A DNA stretch of 64,000 bases from Candidatus Omnitrophota bacterium (GTDB lineage: Bacteria; Omnitrophota; Gorgyraeia; Zapsychrales; Zapsychraceae), in assembly GCA_021108075.1 (NCBI GenBank), contig JAIORP010000197.1:20509-84508 (forward strand), written 5' to 3'. This document shows positions 58,248-64,000 of this stretch, one piece after another. The notes under the pieces were generated by a model that saw nothing but the letters and a program-made list of their open reading frames with translations, was not told where the DNA came from and did not search any database. A program made the position numbers and the translations under genes. Within the stretch, counting starts at the first letter, position 1; each line of letters begins with the position of its first letter.

Positions 58248-60902
58248 TTGAATAAAGAGGAGACTATGACAGAATTATCAACACGTTTTAATTTTAAAGA
58301 GATCGACGAGAAATGGTGCCAGCATTGGGTTGACAAACAGACATTCCACGCCGAACCCAATCCGGATAAAAAACCTTTTTCCATTGTGATACCACCCCCC
58401 AACGTCACGGGTATTCTGCATATGGGGCACGCGCTGAATAATACCCTGCAGGATATCAGTATGCGTTACTGGCGCATGAACGGTCGTGAAGCCATGTGGA
58501 TGCCGGGCACCGACCACGCGGGTATCGCCACACAAAACGTGGTCGAGAAGCAGCTGGCCAAAGAAGGCACACGCCGCCAGGAGGTCGGACGGGAAGCGTT
58601 TTTAGAACGGTTATGGTCCTGGAAAAAGGAATATGGGGATACCATTATTCATCAGCTTAAAAAGCTTGGTTCTTCCTGCGATTGGCCCAGAACCCGTTTC
58701 ACCATGGATGACGGTTATAGTGCCGCGGTCAAAAAAGTCTTTGTCGCTTTATACGATAAAGGGCTGATCTACCGTGGAGAATATATCATCAACTGGTGTC
58801 CGCGTTGCCTCACGGCGCTGTCTGATGAAGAAGCCGAACATCACGACACCCAAGGACACTTGTATTATATCCAATACCCCTTTAAAGACCATCCGCAGGA
58901 ATCCTTGACCGTCGCGACAACCCGGCCGGAAACCATGTTGGGGGATACCGCTGTCGCCGTCAATCCCAAAGATGAACGCTACAGCCAATATATCGGAAAG
59001 ACCATCGTGTTGCCCCTGATCAACCGGGAAATCCCGGTCATCGCCGATGATTTTGTTAACCCCCAATTCGGGACCGGGGCGGTTAAAGTGACGCCGGCCC
59101 ATGATCCCAATGACTTCATGATGGGCCAAAGGCACAACTTGCCGTTTATCAATATCATGCGCCCGAACGCGGTGTTGAATGAAAACGCGGGAGACTTTAG
59201 TGATATGGACCGTTTCGAAGCGCGTGAAGCGATTATCGAAACATTGCGCGAACAAAAACTTCTGTCGGATATTAAGGCCCATCCACATGCTGTCGGGCAT
59301 TGTTACCGCTGCCACACGGTGGTCGAACCTTACCTGTCGCGCCAATGGTTTGTCAAGATGAAACCGCTGGCCGAACCGGCGATAAAAGTCGTGCGGGAGG
59401 GGAAAATTAATTTTTACCCGCAACGCTGGACAAAGGTTTACATGAACTGGATGGAGAATATCCGTGACTGGTGTATCTCCCGGCAAATCTGGTGGGGGCA
59501 CCGCATCCCGGTCTGGTATTGCGCCGACTGTCCACCGGAAAAAAATGTGATCGTCGCGCAGGAAACGCCGTCCGCCTGTCCTGTGTGCCAATCAACCCGA
59601 TTGACACAAGATGAAGATGTGCTCGACACGTGGTTTTCTTCCTGGCTCTGGCCGTTTGCCACATTGGAATGGCCGCATGACAACGAAGCCCTGAAATATT
59701 TTTATCCGACAAACTGTCTGTTTACAGCCCCGGAGATCATCTTCTTTTGGGTCGCACGCATGATTATGGCCGGGTTAGAATTCATGGGCGACATTCCCTT
59801 TGAAGATGTTTACCTTCACGGAACAGTGCGCGACGCCAAAGGACGTAAGATGTCCAAGTCTCTGGGAAACGCCATTGATCCACTGGAGATCATCGAAGAA
59901 TACGGTGCTGACGCATTGCGCTTCAGTCTGATCGTCAATTCAGGACAAGACCTGTTTATCTCAAAGGAAAAATTTGAAATTGGCCGCAACTTTGCCAACA
60001 AAATCTGGAACGCCTCGCGCCTGGTCCTCATGAACAGCCCTCAAGCCGACCGCACGGCAACATTAGAAGACCTCGCCGCGCAAAAGGATAGTGATTTACC
60101 GTCGCGCTGGATCATAGCCCGTTTTTATGCCACCCTTGAGAAAATAAACGTGGCCATTGAGAAATACAAATATTCGGAAGCGGAAAACCTCATTTATGAA
60201 TTCTTCTGGACAAACTTTTGCGACTGGTATCTTGAAATCATTAAAAAACAATGGCACGATCAGACCATCCAGACGATCGCTTACAAAATCCTGGAGAACG
60301 CGTTAAAAATCATTCATCCGTTCATGCCGTTTGTGACCGAAGAAATCTGGCGGCACATGCAAACGGATCAGACCCTCATCAGTGTGTCTGCCTGGCCAAC
60401 ACGGGGGGATAACCTCGAGGATGAAAGGATATCACAGGACATGCAAATCCTGATCGACGTCGTGACAGCCATCCGTAACGCCCGTTCGGAATGGAATATC
60501 CCGAATCAGCAAGACATCCAGTGTACCCTGGTCTGCACATCAAATGACAGTCAACGTTTGCTGAAAGACAATATGTCCATTATTGAATTCTTAGGACGCG
60601 TGAAAGACGGGGCCATTACGGACAAAAAAGAAGACGTAAAAAATGCCGCGATCTCTGTGATTCAAGACATCACCTGTGTCATCCCGCTCGGCGATGTGAT
60701 CGACATCGCTAAAGAGAAAACACGGATATCGACCCAGATCCAAAAAACGCAGAAAACGGCGGATAACCTGACAAAACGGTTACAAAATGAAACTTTTCTT
60801 AACAAAGCACCGGCTGATGTTATCCAAAAGGAGAAAGAACGGTTAAGTCAATGGCAGCATGAAATGACGACGTTAAAAGCTGTCTTATCGAACTTAGAAT
60901 AA
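58248..60902 (+). CDS. valS: Valyl-tRNA synthetase
   Basis: HIGH-type motif PNVTGILHMGHALNNTLQD. KMSKS motif KMSKSLGN. C-terminal coiled-coil. 884 aa. Confidence 0.9.
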   Translation: MNKEETMTELSTRFNFKEIDEKWCQHWVDKQTFHAEPNPDKKPFSIVIPPPNVTGILHMGHALNNTLQDISMRYWRMNGREAMWMPGTDHAGIATQNVVEKQLAKEGTRRQEVGREAFLERLWSWKKEYGDTIIHQLKKLGSSCDWPRTRFTMDDGYSAAVKKVFVALYDKGLIYRGEYIINWCPRCLTALSDEEAEHHDTQGHLYYIQYPFKDHPQESLTVATTRPETMLGDTAVAVNPKDERYSQYIGKTIVLPLINREIPVIADDFVNPQFGTGAVKVTPAHDPNDFMMGQRHNLPFINIMRPNAVLNENAGDFSDMDRFEAREAIIETLREQKLLSDIKAHPHAVGHCYRCHTVVEPYLSRQWFVKMKPLAEPAIKVVREGKINFYPQRWTKVYMNWMENIRDWCISRQIWWGHRIPVWYCADCPPEKNVIVAQETPSACPVCQSTRLTQDEDVLDTWFSSWLWPFATLEWPHDNEALKYFYPTNCLFTAPEIIFFWVARMIMAGLEFMGDIPFEDVYLHGTVRDAKGRKMSKSLGNAIDPLEIIEEYGADALRFSLIVNSGQDLFISKEKFEIGRNFANKIWNASRLVLMNSPQADRTATLEDLAAQKDSDLPSRWIIARFYATLEKINVAIEKYKYSEAENLIYEFFWTNFCDWYLEIIKKQWHDQTIQTIAYKILENALKIIHPFMPFVTEEIWRHMQTDQTLISVSAWPTRGDNLEDERISQDMQILIDVVTAIRNARSEWNIPNQQDIQCTLVCTSNDSQRLLKDNMSIIEFLGRVKDGAITDKKEDVKNAAISVIQDITCVIPLGDVIDIAKEKTRISTQIQKTQKTADNLTKRLQNETFLNKAPADVIQKEKERLSQWQHEMTTLKAVLSNLE

Positions 60903-60906
60903 CGCT

Positions 60907-61770
60907 ATGGAAATACACGATATAGATAAATACATTAAATTGGCGCTAAAAGAAGACCTGGGAGGGGAGGACATCACCACCAATGCCCTCGTGCCCGTAG
61001 ACGATTATTCCAAGGCCCATATTGTCGTCAAAGAAAACGCCATGCTCTGCGGGTTAAAAATCGCCAGAGAAGTCTTTAAAAAACTGGACCCTAAAATTAT
61101 TTTTCATACCCTGCACAAAGACAGCGATCATGTTGAAAAAAATATGATCATCGCCACTATAAAAGGGCAGACACGGGCCATTTTAACAGGCGAACGCACC
61201 GCCTTAAATTTTCTGGGATACCTTTCTGGAATCGCAACGCATACTCACAAATTTATCGAAGCCGTCCGGCCTTATGATGTGGAAATCCTGGACACAAGAA
61301 AAACAGCTCCGGGATTGCGCCAATTAAAAAAATACGCGGTCAAATGCGGAGGGGGAAAAAACCACCGTATCAATTTAAATGAAATGGTCATGATCAAAGA
61401 CAATCACCGTGAAGCCTGTCATCCGCATGTTTCCATTACGGAATCGATTCATATCGCGCGGCGGCACACACGCAAGACGGTTGAAATCGAAGTCGACACG
61501 TTGGACCAATTCCTTGAAGCCATCAAGGCGCATCCTGATATCATTTTGTTAGACAATATGTCCTTTGCCGAAATGAAGGAGGCCGTCAAGTTGAACAAAA
61601 AAAGCGTCTTTCTAAAAAAGCCATTATTAGAAGCGTCCGGGGGGATCACACTTCACAAAGTCCGCCACGTCGCCGAAACAGGTGTAGACCGCATATCCAT
61701 CGGGTCACTCACGCACACAACAAGAATGATTGACGTGTCATTAGAACTGTTATCTGATGATGACAACTAA
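60907..61770 (+). CDS. nadC: Nicotinate-nucleotide pyrophosphorylase (quinolinate phosphoribosyltransferase)
   Basis: 287 aa type II PRTase pattern (…ILDTRKTAPGLR…IMLDNM…ASGGI…). Confidence 0.8.
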   Translation: MEIHDIDKYIKLALKEDLGGEDITTNALVPVDDYSKAHIVVKENAMLCGLKIAREVFKKLDPKIIFHTLHKDSDHVEKNMIIATIKGQTRAILTGERTALNFLGYLSGIATHTHKFIEAVRPYDVEILDTRKTAPGLRQLKKYAVKCGGGKNHRINLNEMVMIKDNHREACHPHVSITESIHIARRHTRKTVEIEVDTLDQFLEAIKAHPDIILLDNMSFAEMKEAVKLNKKSVFLKKPLLEASGGITLHKVRHVAETGVDRISIGSLTHTTRMIDVSLELLSDDDN

Positions 61771-61773
61771 AAC

Positions 61774-62520
61774 ATGGGAAAACACATGAAACATAAACGC
61801 ATTATACTTTTTAGCGTCTTTTTATTAAGCGCGACTATCCGTCCTTGTGTCCCGCACTCGTTCGCGCAAGAAGAACAGGAAACATCAACGTCCAAAAGCA
61901 ATGTCTATGATTTTCAAAAAACCACGGAAGAAATTACGTTCACGATGTTTGATGATAAGATGCTGCTCGACGGCTACCGCAAGAAGTACGAAAACTTATC
62001 CAAAGACGTTTTGTTGGCGATGATTCAGGACGAAGGATTAAATTCCTATAAAATCGCCGCGGCTGTCAGGGTCTTTACCGATAAGCACAGCCAGGAAGTT
62101 GTCTCCAAAGAAAAAAAGTCAGTTGAAAAGATTTTCCTGAGACGGCTCAACAGAACAGATTCACCCTTTATCCAGGTTGAAATCCTTTATGCCTTATGTC
62201 AGTTGGATCGTTACCGCTATTTTAAATCGATGGTCCCCGCCCTGATTCAAAAACTGAAACATTACAATACAGCTATCAACGATCTCGCGTTTGAGAATCT
62301 CAATTTACTCATCAAGCAGGGTCAAACCCGTCCACGTGAAGCCCGGATCGTCTTTAACACTTTACGCAAAACATTATTCTTAACACGTCGGCGCTTAAGC
62401 CAGATGACGGAGCCGGATCCTAAGCTGTCCAAAATGCTCGAATTGCTGCGCTGGTCCATTAAAATTCTCGGGCGTTTAGAACTCAAAAAGTTACCCAAAG
62501 AAGTCCTGCATCTATTGTAA
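61774..62520 (+). CDS. Hypothetical secreted alpha-helical protein
   Basis: Signal peptide KRIILFSVFLLSATIRPCVPHSFAQ. No diagnostic motif. Confidence 0.5.
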   Translation: MGKHMKHKRIILFSVFLLSATIRPCVPHSFAQEEQETSTSKSNVYDFQKTTEEITFTMFDDKMLLDGYRKKYENLSKDVLLAMIQDEGLNSYKIAAAVRVFTDKHSQEVVSKEKKSVEKIFLRRLNRTDSPFIQVEILYALCQLDRYRYFKSMVPALIQKLKHYNTAINDLAFENLNLLIKQGQTRPREARIVFNTLRKTLFLTRRRLSQMTEPDPKLSKMLELLRWSIKILGRLELKKLPKEVLHLL

Positions 62521-62571
62521 GTCAAGGAGGGTCTTATTATTCTCAAAAGCACCGCAAAAACAAGACACTGG

Positions 62572-64000
62572 TTGATTTATGTCGCTCTGACGATTATTAG
62601 TATTGTTATCTGGTACCAATTCACATTCCCCCAATTGTGTTTGGTTCAAAACAACATTGACCGTCCACAGGCTCTGGAGAACGCAAAAGTTTTCATCCAA
62701 TACCATTACCCGGATATGGATATCGAGGATTATAGCTCGGCGTCTATTTTTGAACGGGAGTGGGTGGCGATACGTTACTTGCAAAAAACCCTGGGCTTTA
62801 AAAGCATGCAGCAATTTGTCAAGGAGAATAACTTCGATCTCTTTTTCTGGGTGGTTCGATTCTTCAAAGAAAACCAAAAGGAAGAATTCCGGCTTTCTGT
62901 CAGCGCGACAACCGGCCAGGTTATTGCCTTTAAACATACCATCGATAATAATGCGGCACGGGGCGATATCGAGACAACAGTGGCCCAGCAACGGATCATC
63001 AGCTTTTTTGAGGATCAATTCGATTTTGAATCCGGGCAGTACTCTCCTAAAGGAGATTATCATTCCATCCTGGACAACCGCACAGATCGATCTTATTCCT
63101 GGAAAAAAAATTCGGTTAATATCCCGTGGAGCTCAAATAAAAATACCGGGACGGCAAAATTATATTCAAGCGCGACAATATCCGGGCAAGAAATCCTATC
63201 TTTCGCAAAGAACACTTTTGAAATCCCGGAACAGTTTAACCGCTATCTTTCGCGGAGTAAAGTCATCGGCCAGAACCTATCGATGATTGTTAAAATTTTC
63301 ATATCGATCCTTTTTTTCGGTGCTGTCTTGACACTGATGTTACAGCATAACCACTTAGCCATGCATACGACAAAAAAGTTCTATATGGTTATCAGTGCCT
63401 GCGCGTTTATTATGATCATCGGTTCATCTTTGAATTATTTTGAAGCAATCATCTTTTCCTACCCGACCACCGAAGCATTCGATTCGTTTATTTCCCGATA
63501 CTTTCTCAGTAAATTTATGCCCGCGTTGATTTTGGCCGTCAGCTTGCTCATGCCGGGCTTATCCGGCGAGCTTTTGCATTACGAACAATTGCAAAACAAA
63601 AAGGAAGGCTCCTTTTTGTCGTATATCCATTCATCATTTTTTACACGGCCCGTCGGGGATGCCATCATCCTGGGATATCTCGGCTGTTTTTGCATGCTGG
63701 GCATGCAATCCCTGATTTCATTTATCGGGCAAAAATATTGGGGTGTTTGGATCGAATACTATTTCTTAACAAACTTATCAACCAGTTATATTCCTTTTTT
63801 AGCGGCTTTAGCGATCGGATTTAATGCCAGTTTTTCCGAAGAAATTATGTATCGTCTTTTTGCCATCAGTTGGGGTAAAAAACTTTTTAAAAGCACCTTT
63901 CTGGCCGCCTTTGTGGCCAGTCTTATCTGGGGATTCGCCCATAGCGGATATCCTGTTTTTCCCATGTGGTTTAGAGGAGTTGAGGTGACATTACTCGGAC
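62572..64000 (+). CDS. Membrane protein with C-terminal CPBP (CAAX-protease/Abi) intramembrane metalloprotease domain. The 3' end runs off the window. Not in the supplied ORF track.
   Basis: Open frame (frame 1) from 62521 to the window end, in frame with the upstream gene and separated from it only by TAA. Motifs FSEEIMYRLF (EExxxR) and GFAHSGYP (FxxxH). N-terminal TM plus soluble domain, then multi-TM. The start is uncertain: TTG 62572, or a non-canonical ATT after the AAGGAGG RBS at 62524. Confidence 0.55.
   Translation, partial: MIYVALTIISIVIWYQFTFPQLCLVQNNIDRPQALENAKVFIQYHYPDMDIEDYSSASIFEREWVAIRYLQKTLGFKSMQQFVKENNFDLFFWVVRFFKENQKEEFRLSVSATTGQVIAFKHTIDNNAARGDIETTVAQQRIISFFEDQFDFESGQYSPKGDYHSILDNRTDRSYSWKKNSVNIPWSSNKNTGTAKLYSSATISGQEILSFAKNTFEIPEQFNRYLSRSKVIGQNLSMIVKIFISILFFGAVLTLMLQHNHLAMHTTKKFYMVISACAFIMIIGSSLNYFEAIIFSYPTTEAFDSFISRYFLSKFMPALILAVSLLMPGLSGELLHYEQLQNKKEGSFLSYIHSSFFTRPVGDAIILGYLGCFCMLGMQSLISFIGQKYWGVWIEYYFLTNLSTSYIPFLAALAIGFNASFSEEIMYRLFAISWGKKLFKSTFLAAFVASLIWGFAHSGYPVFPMWFRGVEVTLLG

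Noticed and set aside
58749-59591. 280-aa minus-strand ORF inside valS
   Set aside because: It is antisense to a strongly supported valS gene. Its product is Arg/Pro/Gly-rich and low complexity, typical of a GC-rich antisense artefact.
62603-63286. Track ORF 62603..63286 (+), and its antisense 62512..63063 (-)
   Set aside because: Their translations are Arg/Ser-rich and low complexity. A different frame on the plus strand gives a long, protein-like ORF (CPBP protease) spanning the same DNA, so these are wrong-frame shadows.
1-64000. CRISPR arrays, rRNA genes, integrases or transposases
   Set aside because: No regularly spaced direct repeats with unique spacers were seen. No rRNA-like conserved blocks were seen. 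No ORF has recognisable DDE/tyrosine-recombinase motifs. The MITEs appear non-autonomous.

Overview
This is a 64-kb bacterial window with marked compositional heterogeneity. I cannot place the taxon from sequence alone.

- **1-12.5 kb (very AT-rich):** a porin-like outer-membrane protein next to a PiT-like phosphate transporter. After that comes an unusually dense two-component signalling locus. It has three single-domain REC proteins, an HTH-REC regulator, two periplasmic binding proteins and two tandemly duplicated PAS/transmembrane histidine kinases. It also has a REC-HisKA-HATPase hybrid, a double-REC protein and a decayed REC gene fragment.
- **12.5-15.6 kb:** an SDR, a GC-rich VOC/glyoxalase gene (probably horizontally acquired), an outer-membrane beta-barrel protein and fabG.
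- **15.9-40.9 kb (main feature):** a ~25-kb co-directional, translationally coupled lipid biosynthetic cluster with type II FAS/PKS logic. It carries 3 ACPs, 3 KAS enzymes plus 2 Cys-less chain-length-factor-like KS partners, a FabZ-like dehydratase and a hotdog thioesterase. It has 2 adenylating ligases, PlsC-like, LpxL-like and condensation-domain acyltransferases, and a GT2 glycosyltransferase. It also has a LolA-like carrier, an MMPL/RND exporter, two FAD-dependent oxidoreductases and three radical-SAM enzymes (two B12-binding, one SPASM-hotdog fusion). This resembles aryl-polyene and anammox ladderane-type clusters. The product is unknown.
- **40.9-50.1 kb (GC-rich island ending at tRNA-Pro(GGG)):** a DUF4062-NACHT/NB-ARC-TPR STAND NTPase (minus strand) with a downstream Cys-rich zinc-ribbon protein. 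Divergently transcribed from it is an 827-aa protein that fuses a RelA/SpoT-like (p)ppGpp-synthetase domain to helical repeats, a LOG/SLOG-like Rossmann domain and a RyR domain, with a NUDIX hydrolase next to it. This is a candidate nucleotide-signalling conflict/defence system.
- **50.2-64 kb (GC-richer housekeeping):** PilZ, hom, thrC, a standalone coaB, an ApgM-family proposed homoserine kinase, lysC, cimA, valS, nadC, a secreted protein and a CPBP-family membrane protease running off the window end.
- **Repeats:** an 80-120-bp MITE-like element with ~16-bp terminal inverted repeats and TAA flanks occurs in 5 full copies and 1 half copy.

No CRISPR array or rRNA was found.
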